Shown piece by piece: positions 34,173 through 42,990 of a DNA stretch of 64,000 nucleotides (positions are counted from its first letter, which is position 1; each line of letters begins with the position of its first letter). Source of the DNA: an uncultured Clostridia bacterium (GTDB lineage: Bacteria; Bacillota; Clostridia; Oscillospirales; Ruminococcaceae); NCBI GenBank assembly GCA_944382875.1, contig CALWNQ010000045.1, forward strand, positions 13,275 to 77,274, given 5' to 3'. The notes beneath the pieces were generated by a model. It saw only the letters and a program-made list of their open reading frames with translations. It did not search any database and was not told the origin of the DNA. A program made the position numbers and the translations under genes.

Positions 34173-35240
34173 ATGAGTATTCATTTTACAGCGGATCAGT
34201 GGGAAGAGGTGCGCCGCCTCTACCGCGGCTGGTGGGACGGGAGCAGCGCTTCCCCGGTGGTCAAGCTCTGTTCCGCCTGCCACGATCCGGGGCGTCCGCA
34301 GCCGAAAGCGCCGTTTCCGGACCAGGATAACTGTCACGATTTCTCCCTTTCGCCCGAAGAGGTGGTGGACCGGGTGGATTATGAGCTGAGCCGGCTGGAG
34401 TTTTACGGCGGCGCCTATCCCTGTTGGAATTTCAGCTATTTCGGGCCGGGTGTGTTGGCGGCATTCTGTGGGGCAAAGCTCGACAATTCGAGTGGCCGGG
34501 TGTGGTTTTTTCCGCCCGAAAAGCTCCCGATTGACCGTATTCACATTCACTATGATCCCGAAAACCGCTGGGTGCAGCGGGTGAAAGCGCTCTACCGGGC
34601 CGGACAGGAGCGGTGGGGCGGCAATGTGCTGATGACCATGCCGGATCTGGGCGGCATCCTCGATGTGGTGGCGTCATTTCGGGGGAGTGAGGACCTGCTG
34701 CTCGACCTCTACGACGCGCCGGAGGAGGTCCTCCGGCTCTGCCGGGAGGCGCACGACGCCTGGATGGAAGCCTACCGGGACTTAAATTCGGTGCTCTTCC
34801 CCGCAAACCCCGGTTATTCGGACTGGTCCGGGATTTACAGCGAAAAACCCTCCTACATTCTCCAGTCGGATTTCTGCTATATGATCGGCAACCCGATGTT
34901 CCGAGAGTTTGTGCTGCCGGACCTCAAACGAGGCTGCACCGAGCTTGCAAACACTGTCTACCATCTCGACGGGATCGGGGAGCTGCCGCACCTCGATGAT
35001 GTGCTGGCAATTCCGGAGCTGAACGGCGTCCAGTGGGTTTACGGCGACGGGCAGCCGACCGCGCCGCACTGGCTCGATGTCTACCGGCGGATTGCGGAAA
35101 CCGGCAAAGGAATCTATCTTTTCTGCAGCCGGGAGGATTTTGACATCGTGCGCCGGGAGGTTCCGGAGGGACGGTATTACATCGACCTTGGACAGTGCCG
35201 CCCGGAGGAAGCAGAAGGAATTTTATCCTGTTATCGATGA
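34173..35240 (+). CDS. URO-D-like family protein, divergent paralog 3
   Basis: About 355 aa. Overall URO-D-like pattern, but HLDG replaces HxCG (NTVYHLDGIGELPHLDDVL). Start at ATG 34173 behind GGGAGG. Confidence 0.5.
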   Translation: MSIHFTADQWEEVRRLYRGWWDGSSASPVVKLCSACHDPGRPQPKAPFPDQDNCHDFSLSPEEVVDRVDYELSRLEFYGGAYPCWNFSYFGPGVLAAFCGAKLDNSSGRVWFFPPEKLPIDRIHIHYDPENRWVQRVKALYRAGQERWGGNVLMTMPDLGGILDVVASFRGSEDLLLDLYDAPEEVLRLCREAHDAWMEAYRDLNSVLFPANPGYSDWSGIYSEKPSYILQSDFCYMIGNPMFREFVLPDLKRGCTELANTVYHLDGIGELPHLDDVLAIPELNGVQWVYGDGQPTAPHWLDVYRRIAETGKGIYLFCSREDFDIVRREVPEGRYYIDLGQCRPEEAEGILSCYR

Positions 35241-35243
35241 GAA

Positions 35244-35276
35244 AAACGGAGCCTTTTGTGGGGCTCCGTTTTGTTC
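35244..35276 (+). terminator. Intrinsic terminator of the URO-D-like/GH38 operon
   Basis: ACGGAGCC-N8-GGCTCCGT followed by TTTGTT. Starts 4 nt after the stop. Confidence 0.7.
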
Positions 35277-35314
35277 TGAAATTGGAAAGTTTTCTTGAAT
35301 TTATGCGGAAAAGC

Positions 35315-35343
35315 TGGACTTTTTCGGGAAAAGGTTGTATAAT
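35315..35343 (+). promoter_or_regulatory. Candidate promoter of the lipoprotein gene
   Basis: TGGACT, 17-nt spacer, TATAAT, about 70 nt upstream of the start. Confidence 0.4.
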
Positions 35344-35415
35344 ACTGATTGTATGTACTTTTTCGGTACGCAGAATAACCGTGCAAACGGATTTTGAAAA
35401 GGAATGAGAACTTCT

Positions 35416-36435
35416 ATGAAGATGAAAAAACTGGCGGCAGCGGTCCTTGCGGTGCTGACAGCCTGCTCTCTGTCGGCTTGCGGCGGCGACACCTCCTGGA
35501 CTTTCCGCAGTGGGGATTACACGGTAACTTCCGGCATGTATGTCGGCCTTTCCATCGACGCGCTGAGTGCCGCTTCCTCGACCGAAGGCTACGATTCGAC
35601 CAAATCTCCTTTTGACCAGGATATCGAGGGCACCGACAGCGTCAAATGGCTGCAGGCCAAGGCGAACCAGCTGTCCAAGGAGTATCTGGCGATTGAAACG
35701 CAGTTTGCGGAGCGTGGGCTGACACTTTCCGAGCAAGACCAGTCGGAAATTGACAGCCAGGTGGAGATGTACTGGACACAGTTCGGGATGGGCACCGTTT
35801 ACGAAGAAGAGGGCTGCGGAAAAACCTCCTATGCAACACTTGCGGCCAACAATTATAAAAAGAACCTGCTTTTCCAGAATATCTATGGTGAAGGCGGCGA
35901 AAAGGAAGTTCCCGAAAGCGAGCTGGAAGCCACTTTCCAGAACGATTATGTCAAAGGGGTATATATCTCCCTTTCGATTCTCGATGACGAGGGCGAAAAA
36001 CTCACCGGCGACGAGCTGCAGGCAGTAAAGGACGATGCGCAGAAGCTGGCAGACCGGATTGAGGCAGGCGAAGATTTTGAGGAAGTCAAGGCGCAGTATC
36101 TGGCGGATCCCGATGCGGAAGAGGAGTCCGAGCCGACCGATACCTCGATTGTCACCTTGAAGGAAAGTGCGACAACGGCACCTTATAACGCCATTGCAAG
36201 CGGTGAAGTTGGCGAGGTGCAGGTTGTGGAAGGCACCAACGCGATGTTTGTTGTCCAGACATTGGATGTGATGTCGGGCACCTCTTTTGATGACTATCGC
36301 GACACCGTTCTGCAGAACATGAAGGCGGATGAATTTGAAGATCTGATTACCGAGTGGGTTTCGGCGCTGGAGATCACTGAAAACGAATCGGCCGTGAGCA
36401 AGCACAGCCCCAAGCATCTGAAAGATCTGTATTAA
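35416..36435 (+). CDS. PrsA/SurA-like lipoprotein with a degenerate parvulin-type domain
   Basis: Signal peptide with lipobox (MKMKKLAAAVLAVLTACSLSAC-GG). The C-terminal part resembles a PPIC rotamase domain (ADRIEAGEDFEEVKAQYLAD...SGEVGEVQVVEGTNAMFVVQ), but the two conserved His positions read S/L and F. Confidence 0.55.
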   Translation: MKMKKLAAAVLAVLTACSLSACGGDTSWTFRSGDYTVTSGMYVGLSIDALSAASSTEGYDSTKSPFDQDIEGTDSVKWLQAKANQLSKEYLAIETQFAERGLTLSEQDQSEIDSQVEMYWTQFGMGTVYEEEGCGKTSYATLAANNYKKNLLFQNIYGEGGEKEVPESELEATFQNDYVKGVYISLSILDDEGEKLTGDELQAVKDDAQKLADRIEAGEDFEEVKAQYLADPDAEEESEPTDTSIVTLKESATTAPYNAIASGEVGEVQVVEGTNAMFVVQTLDVMSGTSFDDYRDTVLQNMKADEFEDLITEWVSALEITENESAVSKHSPKHLKDLY

Positions 36436-36440
36436 CAAAC

Positions 36441-36472
36441 AAACCGGTACAGCTGGTACCGGTTTTCTTTTT
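36441..36472 (+). terminator. Intrinsic terminator
   Basis: AAACCGGTAC-AGCTG-GTACCGGTTT followed by TCTTTTT. Confidence 0.75.
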
Positions 36473-36502
36473 ATAACCGAATGGGAGGCAGAGCGCAGAG
36501 AT

Positions 36503-37204
36503 ATGGATTTTAATTTAATATGGCATTCGCTACGGGAACTGAACAGTTTTTCGATTTTGCTGCGGTTGCTTCTTGCGGTGATTTGTGCGGGAGTGATCGG
36601 GATTGAACGCGGCGTGCGGCGGCAGCCGGCCGGGTTCCGCACCCATATTCTGGTGTGTACCGGCGGATGTCTGGCAACGTTAACCGGGCAGTATGTCTTT
36701 CAGTATCTGGATACCTCTGCCGATCCCACCCGGCTGGGCGCGCAGGTCATCAGCGGCATCGGTTTTCTGGGGATGGGCACCATTATCGTCACCGGCAACA
36801 ACCGCGTCAAGGGCTTAACAACAGCGGCGGGGCTCTGGGCTTCGGCCTGTATCGGCCTGACGATTGGGATTGGGTTTTATGAGGCGGCGATCGGTGGGAC
36901 GATCATTGTCGTTCTCGCAATCACTGTGATGCGAAAAGTAGACGGCTATTTTTACGCCAAGATTCCGGTTGTCGACCTGTATATTGAGCTGGAGGACATC
37001 ACCAAGGTCCACACGCTGCTTGAAAATATCCAGCAGCACGGTATGAAAGTCGCGTTTATGGAGCTGGAAAAGCCCAAAAGTCAGCATCCAAACGCAATCG
37101 GTCTGACGCTGACTGTCAAAAAACTGCGCCGGAAAGATCCAATCGATATGCCTACGAAAATCGCTTCCTTTCCTGGTGTCCTGTTCCTGGAAGAAATTTT
37201 GTAA
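36503..37204 (+). CDS. mgtC: MgtC/SapB-family membrane protein
   Basis: 233 aa. LLRLLLAVICAGVIGIERGVRRQPAGFRTHILV signature, hydrophobic N-terminal domain and soluble ACT-like C-terminal domain. Confidence 0.8.
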   Translation: MDFNLIWHSLRELNSFSILLRLLLAVICAGVIGIERGVRRQPAGFRTHILVCTGGCLATLTGQYVFQYLDTSADPTRLGAQVISGIGFLGMGTIIVTGNNRVKGLTTAAGLWASACIGLTIGIGFYEAAIGGTIIVVLAITVMRKVDGYFYAKIPVVDLYIELEDITKVHTLLENIQQHGMKVAFMELEKPKSQHPNAIGLTLTVKKLRRKDPIDMPTKIASFPGVLFLEEIL

Positions 37205-37206
37205 CG

Positions 37207-37249
37207 AAAAGAGCGCCTCCTGTGCGATACAGGAAGCGCTTTTTCTTTT
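37207..37249. terminator. Bidirectional terminator between mgtC and the tautomerase gene
   Basis: AGCGCCTCCTGT-GCGA-TACAGGAAGCGCT (one mismatch), flanked by an A-tract and TTTTCTTTT. Confidence 0.6.
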
Positions 37250-37254
37250 CAGCA

Positions 37255-37599
37255 TTAGAAGTTGCTGCCGTTCCAGCCCCATTGGTCAAAGTCCTTATAC
37301 TTGATATAGAGATGATCCGGCGCGATGCCCAGCTCCTCGGAAAAGATTTCCGAAAGGGCGGCAGTCAGACGGGTGCAGGCTTCGTCGGAAGCGCGTCCGA
37401 AAAGGTCCACCTGGACAATCGCAGCCGGCGTGTCGTTTTGGCCGCGGAACCACAGGCGGCAGTTGTCGACAAACTCAACCATCAGCCACTGTTCGGTCTT
37501 GCCGGGGATGTTTTCGATGGCTTTTCCGAATTTGGCTTTGAGGATGGCTTCCTTTTCGGGAGAAACGGAGATACTGGTTCTGGCGCAAAGATACGGCAT
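37255..37599 (-). CDS. MIF/tautomerase-superfamily protein
   Basis: 114 aa. N-terminal Met-Pro (catalytic Pro1), GKTEQWLMVEF, and C-terminal WGWNGSNF, which resembles the MIF-family ending. Confidence 0.7.
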   Translation of the reverse strand: MPYLCARTSISVSPEKEAILKAKFGKAIENIPGKTEQWLMVEFVDNCRLWFRGQNDTPAAIVQVDLFGRASDEACTRLTAALSEIFSEELGIAPDHLYIKYKDFDQWGWNGSNF

Positions 37600-37623
37600 A
37601 AAAATCTTCCTTTCTAATATGAG

Positions 37624-38856
37624 TTAAAATGCCCAGTTTCCGTTGCGGAAAATGGGGAATTCGGCACCATCCTTGGTGTAGCCGGTGATCGAGAGGTCGG
37701 GGGTGCCGAGCATAAAGTCGACATGGGCAGCCGAGTCGTTCATACCGCGGGCTTTGAGCTCCTCTTCGGTGGATTCGAGTCCGCCCCGGAAACATTCGGG
37801 GAAGCCTTTGCCGATGGCGAAGTGGCAGGAGGCGTTTTCATCAAACAGGGTGTTGTAGAAGAGGATTCCCATCTCGGAAATGGGGGATTTGGTCGGGATG
37901 AGGGCGGCTTCGCCGAGATGGCGGGCGCCTTCGTCGGTTTCGATGAGCGCCTTGAGGGTGTCGTAGCCCTTTTCGGCGCCGAAGTCGACGATGCGGCCCT
38001 TTTCAAATTTGAGCCAGAAGCGGTCGATCAGCGTTCCCTGATAGTTGAGGGGCAGCGCACTGTAGACAATGCCGTCGGCGCGGTCCTTGTCCGGGCTGGC
38101 AAAAATTTCCTCGGTGGGCATATTGGGGAAGTAGTAAACGCCATCGGTTGTTTCGGCGCCGCCGCCTGCCCACAGGTGGTTTTCCGGCATTCCGATGATA
38201 AGGTCGGTGCCCAGACTGTTCCGGTAGTGCAGCCGGTCAAGCTGGAGGGTGTTCAGCCGCTCGATTTTCTGCTGGAAGCTCCGGCGGTGCTCCTCCCAGG
38301 CTGCGGCGGGATCGGGGGTATTCGCCCGGACGGCCTTGAAGATGGCTTCCCAGAGGAGGGAGACCGCTTTTTCCTCCGTTTCACCGGGGAAGACTTTTTT
38401 CGCCCAGGCGGGGGAGGGAGCCGCCGCGATGCACCAGCGGTTTTTCCCAAGATCGAGGCTGTCATAAAAAGGCTTGCAGACGGCATGAACCGCCTTCACC
38501 CAGGCGGCCGGCTTTTTGGGATCGACACCGGCAAAGGCATCCGGATCGGCCGAATCAATCGAGAGGAAGCCAGCTCCTTCGGCGGCATATCCGTTGTTGT
38601 AAGCCGAGAACCACTCCGGCACCTCTTCAAAGCGGGAGAGCGGGGCATAGTCATATTTCAGGCGGGAAAGGGCTTCGTCGCTCCAACGGACAACGACTTC
38701 GGCAGCGCCCGCCCCATAGGCGGATTTGGCGGCCAGCCGGACGAGCGGCGCGGCCGAGATGGGGGCGTTGATGCAAAGCACCTGCCCTTTTTGGATATTG
38801 ATGCCGGAACGGACGATCAGTTCCGCGTATTTTGCCAACATTTCTTCAAACTGCAT
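37624..38856 (-). CDS. M29-family aminopeptidase (AmpS/PepS-like)
   Basis: 410 aa. N-terminal YAELIVRSGINIQKGQ and C-terminal HFAIGKGFPEC...AHVDFMLG are typical of thermophilic-metalloprotease M29 enzymes. Confidence 0.85.
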   Translation of the reverse strand: MQFEEMLAKYAELIVRSGINIQKGQVLCINAPISAAPLVRLAAKSAYGAGAAEVVVRWSDEALSRLKYDYAPLSRFEEVPEWFSAYNNGYAAEGAGFLSIDSADPDAFAGVDPKKPAAWVKAVHAVCKPFYDSLDLGKNRWCIAAAPSPAWAKKVFPGETEEKAVSLLWEAIFKAVRANTPDPAAAWEEHRRSFQQKIERLNTLQLDRLHYRNSLGTDLIIGMPENHLWAGGGAETTDGVYYFPNMPTEEIFASPDKDRADGIVYSALPLNYQGTLIDRFWLKFEKGRIVDFGAEKGYDTLKALIETDEGARHLGEAALIPTKSPISEMGILFYNTLFDENASCHFAIGKGFPECFRGGLESTEEELKARGMNDSAAHVDFMLGTPDLSITGYTKDGAEFPIFRNGNWAF

Positions 38857-38883
38857 GGGGAAAAGTTACCTCCTCTGGGAAAT

Positions 38884-39390
38884 TTATTCCACAAAAAATC
38901 CGATGTCCAGAATGACCTCGCCGTTTTGGTCCGGCGTAGTGAACCGCGGGCAGCCATACCGCTCAAAATACCAGAGCGCGCCGTCCGGTTCGGTGCGGAG
39001 TTTCATTCCGGATTCGGCGAGTGCGTTCCGGCAGGCTTCCTCCTGTCCGTAAACGGCGTCCTCGGTACCCTGTACCCAGCAGACGCCGGCTTTCCGGTGC
39101 GGCAGAGGGAATGCTTCATATCCTTCCGGCACTGCGGCATTTTCGGGCAGGAACATGCCGATCCGGTATTCGGATTTGCCGTCTTTGAGGCAAATCAGTC
39201 CGACATAGGCGTCGGTATCCGGATAAGCTTCGCCAAATTCCGGCGTGAGAAGCTGTTCGAGCGGCTCAAACAGTCCGTTTTCAAACCATTCGCCCCAGAA
39301 AGCGGGGGGTGTCACGCCCTCGGGGCAGAGCCTGCCTGCAAAGATGCAGGGCGGGAAGTCCTGGCGATAGCATTTCGCGATTTTGGTCAT
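38884..39390 (-). CDS. GyrI-like/AraC effector-binding-domain protein
   Basis: About 168 aa. The pattern (FWGEWFENGLFEPL, YRIGMFLPENAAVPEGYE) resembles GyrI-like small-molecule-binding domains. Start at ATG 39390 behind AAAGGAGA. Confidence 0.5.
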   Translation of the reverse strand: MTKIAKCYRQDFPPCIFAGRLCPEGVTPPAFWGEWFENGLFEPLEQLLTPEFGEAYPDTDAYVGLICLKDGKSEYRIGMFLPENAAVPEGYEAFPLPHRKAGVCWVQGTEDAVYGQEEACRNALAESGMKLRTEPDGALWYFERYGCPRFTTPDQNGEVILDIGFFVE

Positions 39391-39440
39391 ATGGTCATCT
39401 CCTTTCCGTTTGATATCATGATAGCACAAACGCGGCGGGA

Positions 39441-39875
39441 TTACAAGCGGCATTGCCGGGGTTCGATCATCCCGGAAAGCTTGTCATAAATATCGGGAAA
39501 CCGTTTTTTCATGCTGACCGGGCGGAAGGTTTCGGCGTCCACCCAGGCGTGGAGGGTGGAGCCGGTGCAGATGGGGGTTTCCTCTCCTTCCCGGATGACC
39601 TGGTAGTCAAAGCGGATGCGGGCGGGGGAAAGCTCGGTTAAAAAGCAGCGGACAATCAGATTGTCGTCATAACGGGAAACGCCGGTGTATTTGCATTCAA
39701 GGGTGGACATCGGGGTCATCACCCCCATTTTTTCCAGTTGAGCATAGGTGATGCCGAGCTGTTTCACCCAGTCGCTGCGGGCGGCTTCAAACCAGATGGG
39801 GTAGACCGAATGATGGGTGATGCCCATCTGGTCGGTTTCGGCGTAGCGGACGGTGATATGGGTTTCGGTGGTCAT
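39441..39875 (-). CDS. YbgC/FadM-type acyl-CoA thioesterase (hotdog fold)
   Basis: About 144 aa. VRYAETDQMGITHHSVYPIWFEAAR N-terminus is typical of 4HBT thioesterases. Start at ATG 39875 behind AAGGAGGA. Confidence 0.8.
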   Translation of the reverse strand: MTTETHITVRYAETDQMGITHHSVYPIWFEAARSDWVKQLGITYAQLEKMGVMTPMSTLECKYTGVSRYDDNLIVRCFLTELSPARIRFDYQVIREGEETPICTGSTLHAWVDAETFRPVSMKKRFPDIYDKLSGMIEPRQCRL

Positions 39876-39960
39876 AAAAGTCCTCCTTATCAGAGCTGTA
39901 GTTGACTGGAAAGCGCCTTTTTGGTAGAATAGGAATGAAAATGGACTGGAGGGATTGGGA

Positions 39961-40485
39961 ATGAATTGGCAGATACGGCCCGCCACTCCGGCGGACGCGG
40001 AAGGAATCCTGCGCGTTTACGCGCCATATATTACCGATACGGTGATTACCTTTGAAACGGAGGTTCCCACGGTGGAAGCGTTTTCAGAGCGGGTTGCCGC
40101 TATCCAAAAGGAATACCCCTATTTTGTCTGTGAGCAGGACGGGAAGATCCTCGGCTATGCCTATGCGTCCCGCCACAAGGAGCGTGCCGCCTACCGGTAC
40201 AGCGCCGACGTTTCGATTTATGTTGCGATGGATGCTCACCATAAGGGGATTGGCCGCGCACTTTACACCCGGCTTTTTGAGGAGCTGCGTCGTTACCCGC
40301 TCTATACCGCCTTTGCCTGCATCACGCTGCCGAACGAGCCGAGTGTCAGCCTGCACCGGGCGTTTGGCTTCCAGGAAGCCGGCGTCTTCCACAAAGATGG
40401 CTACAAGGACGGGCGGTGGCTGGATGTGATCTGGATGGAAAAGCCGCTCCGGGAGTATGACACGCCCCCGGAAAGCAGCCTCTGA
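39961..40485 (+). CDS. GNAT acetyltransferase, phosphinothricin/methionine-sulfoximine N-acetyltransferase-like
   Basis: About 174 aa. IRPATPADAEGILRVYAPYITDTVITFETEVPTVEAF, HKGIGRALY and NEPSVSLHRAFGF match the PAT/MnaT pattern. Confidence 0.8.
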   Translation: MNWQIRPATPADAEGILRVYAPYITDTVITFETEVPTVEAFSERVAAIQKEYPYFVCEQDGKILGYAYASRHKERAAYRYSADVSIYVAMDAHHKGIGRALYTRLFEELRRYPLYTAFACITLPNEPSVSLHRAFGFQEAGVFHKDGYKDGRWLDVIWMEKPLREYDTPPESSL

Positions 40486-40495
40486 AAATGACAAG

Positions 40496-40530
40496 AGAGC
40501 GAAAGCGGTAAAGCCTTCGCTCTTTTTGTT
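40496..40530 (+). terminator. Intrinsic terminator after the GNAT gene
   Basis: AGAGCGAA-N12-TTCGCTCT followed by TTTTGTTT. Confidence 0.5.
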
Positions 40531-40534
40531 TGGG

Positions 40535-41506
40535 TTATTTGCCTGCGCGGAATTTTTTGTAGGCTTCCCGCAGCTCTTCGGCCTTTTGCTCGGGGCAGGT
40601 GGGGTTGCACCAGGCGCCAACGCCGGTTTCGGAGGAAGCAAAGAACTGCTGCTTGTCGGCGGCGCGCATGGGCGGGAAGAATTCGACATGGAAGTGGTAT
40701 TCGGGATGATCGCCGCTGTTGACCGGTGCGTTGTGCATGCACATCATATAGGGGAACGGCATGTCAAAAAGGGAATCGTACATTCCGGCGCAGTCGCGGA
40801 TGGTTTCGCCGAGGGCATTCAGCTCTTGCTCGGTCATCTGGCCTAAGTCGGAAACATGGCGGTTGGCGGTGACATGAACGCCGTAGGTGATGGGGGAGAA
40901 GAACGGCACATAGACGGTAAAATATTCGTTCCGGAAGATGATCCGCCGTCCGTCCTCGATTTCCTGGGCGAGCAGGTCGCAGAAGAGGCACTTGCCCTCT
41001 TTTTCGTAGTATTCGCCGGCTCCTTCCAGCTCCTCCCTGATCTTTTTGGGGTGGAAGGAGTAGCCGTAGGCCTGGCCGTGGGGATGGGGCATGGTAACGC
41101 CGACGACATCGCCGCGGTTTTCAAAGATGAAAACATATTTGATCTTCTCATCCGACTTCATGTCGTCAAAGCACTCCCGCCAGAGGTGGGCGAGCTTGTG
41201 GACATGGCCGTCGTCGAGATCTTTTAAGAAAGCGGTGTGCTGGTCGGAATAGAGGATGACCTCGCATTTGCCGTAGGCGGGACGGGTTTCAAAGAGACCG
41301 CCTGCCACATCGTCGGGTTCGGGGGGATCCTGGCGCAGAGCGGGGAAGTCGTTCGGGTAGCGGAGAACGTCAAAGCCCTCGTCCGGCACTTTTCCGGAGC
41401 CGGGGCAGAAGGGACACCAGTCTTTGGGCATCTGGGGGCGTGCCTGCCGGTGGGAGGCGACCATCACCCAGTCTTTGGTAATGGGGTTGTAGCGCAGTTC
41501 GGCCAT
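40535..41506 (-). CDS. galT: Galactose-1-phosphate uridylyltransferase (HIT family, short type)
   Basis: 323 aa. Zn site CPFCPG and active-site PHPHGQ. Confidence 0.85.
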   Translation of the reverse strand: MAELRYNPITKDWVMVASHRQARPQMPKDWCPFCPGSGKVPDEGFDVLRYPNDFPALRQDPPEPDDVAGGLFETRPAYGKCEVILYSDQHTAFLKDLDDGHVHKLAHLWRECFDDMKSDEKIKYVFIFENRGDVVGVTMPHPHGQAYGYSFHPKKIREELEGAGEYYEKEGKCLFCDLLAQEIEDGRRIIFRNEYFTVYVPFFSPITYGVHVTANRHVSDLGQMTEQELNALGETIRDCAGMYDSLFDMPFPYMMCMHNAPVNSGDHPEYHFHVEFFPPMRAADKQQFFASSETGVGAWCNPTCPEQKAEELREAYKKFRAGK

Positions 41507-41536
41507 GCGAATCTTCCTTTCTTGATGATGGTAATT

Positions 41537-42814
41537 TTACAGAACCTGTGTGCCGCCGAGCGGACGGATGGAGAGAATGTGGCAGCTTCCTTCGCCAAAA
41601 ACGCCCTCGATTTCGCGGCGGAATTCCTCCACCTTTTCAAAGGGGACAAAGTTCTGGGTGGTGCCGCCAAAACCGCCGCCGTGGACGCGCCAGGCTCCGC
41701 AGCCGGAAAGCACCTTCTCGGCGATGGCAAGGGCCACGCTCATCCCCTGTTCCTGGGGCGCGGAGCTTGCGTAAACATTCTGGAGATAACGGAAAGAGGA
41801 GTTGCCCGATTCGATAATCAGTTTTTGAAAGGTTTCGTAGTCTTTCTTCCGGATGGCTTCGACAATTTCGCCCACCCGTTCGTTTTCGTTGATAAAGTGG
41901 AAAGCGCGGAGGAAAGCGCGGTCGCCGCATTTTTCCCGGATGGCGGGCGCGTTGTCCAAGAGCTCCCGATAGGTAACGCCACGCAGCACCTCTTTGCCGA
42001 AGAAAGCCGCAACTGCTTTCATTTCGGCGGGGATGGCGGCGTATTCGTGGGTGAGGTCGGCGTGGTTGCCGCCTACATCGACGATGCAGAGGGCGCAGCC
42101 CATGTCGTTCAAATCAAAATCCATCTTTTCGATAATGGGGTTTTCGGTGTCGGCAAAATCAATGGTGATGGCGCTGCCGACCGAGCTTGCCATCTGGTCC
42201 ATCAGGCCGCTCGGCTTGCCGAAATAGACGTTTTCGGCGTACTGGGAGTATTTGGCGATTTCGACCGGACTCACCGCGCCGTTGTTGGCGGTGTAGTTTA
42301 AAATCGTGCCGACCAGCACCTCAAACGCGGCGGAGGAGGAGAGTCCGGAGCCTTTCAGAACGTTGGAGGTGGTGTAGGCGTCGAGACCGCAGACCGCAAA
42401 GCCCTTCTGCTGAAAGCGGGAAACAACGCCGCGGATGAGGGCGATGGCCTTGTTGTCCTCTTCGGGCTTGATTTCCATGTCGGAAATCTCCACCGTGTCC
42501 ATCTTGTAGCCTTTGGACTGGATGCGGATGGTGCCGGTTTCATTGGCCGAAACGACGGCGATGACGTCCAGGTTGACGCTGGCGGCGACAACACGGCCGT
42601 GGTTGTGGTCGGTGTGGTTGCCGGCGATCTCGGTGCGGCCGGGCGCCGAAAAGAGGGTGAGGTTGTTGCGGTCGCCGTACAGCCCGACAAAAGCGTCCAC
42701 CGCTTCGATATAGCGGGCTTTCTGGGCGGGAATTTGTTCTTTTCCATATAAAACGGCAAATTTTTCATCCAGTTTGCCGTTGGCGATCCATTGTTTTAAA
42801 GCAGCAGCATTCAT
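41537..42814 (-). CDS. galK: Galactokinase (GHMP kinase)
   Basis: About 425 aa. GRTEIAGNHTDHN galactokinase signature and GSGLSSSAAFEV GHMP motif. Start at ATG 42814 behind AAGGAGGC. Confidence 0.85.
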   Translation of the reverse strand: MNAAALKQWIANGKLDEKFAVLYGKEQIPAQKARYIEAVDAFVGLYGDRNNLTLFSAPGRTEIAGNHTDHNHGRVVAASVNLDVIAVVSANETGTIRIQSKGYKMDTVEISDMEIKPEEDNKAIALIRGVVSRFQQKGFAVCGLDAYTTSNVLKGSGLSSSAAFEVLVGTILNYTANNGAVSPVEIAKYSQYAENVYFGKPSGLMDQMASSVGSAITIDFADTENPIIEKMDFDLNDMGCALCIVDVGGNHADLTHEYAAIPAEMKAVAAFFGKEVLRGVTYRELLDNAPAIREKCGDRAFLRAFHFINENERVGEIVEAIRKKDYETFQKLIIESGNSSFRYLQNVYASSAPQEQGMSVALAIAEKVLSGCGAWRVHGGGFGGTTQNFVPFEKVEEFRREIEGVFGEGSCHILSIRPLGGTQVL

Positions 42815-42990
42815 AAGGGAGCCTCCTTGCAGATTGTCAAAAAAGCGCGGAATCGATCGAATCAAACTTGTTATTTTTATCATACCGCAAAAGCGTGTTG
42901 CCCGCAACCGGCGGGAGTATCGAAAATATGGATTTATCTTGCATTTTTCCGCTCAATCCGGTACAATATATAATAAGGAAGAAAAAGGAA

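Noticed and set aside
37255-39875. Possibility that MIF-tautomerase, M29 aminopeptidase, GyrI-like protein and thioesterase form a functional system.
   Set aside because: They share a strand but are separated by 24-50-nt gaps with individual RBSs, and I know of no pathway logic linking them. This is insufficient evidence beyond adjacency.
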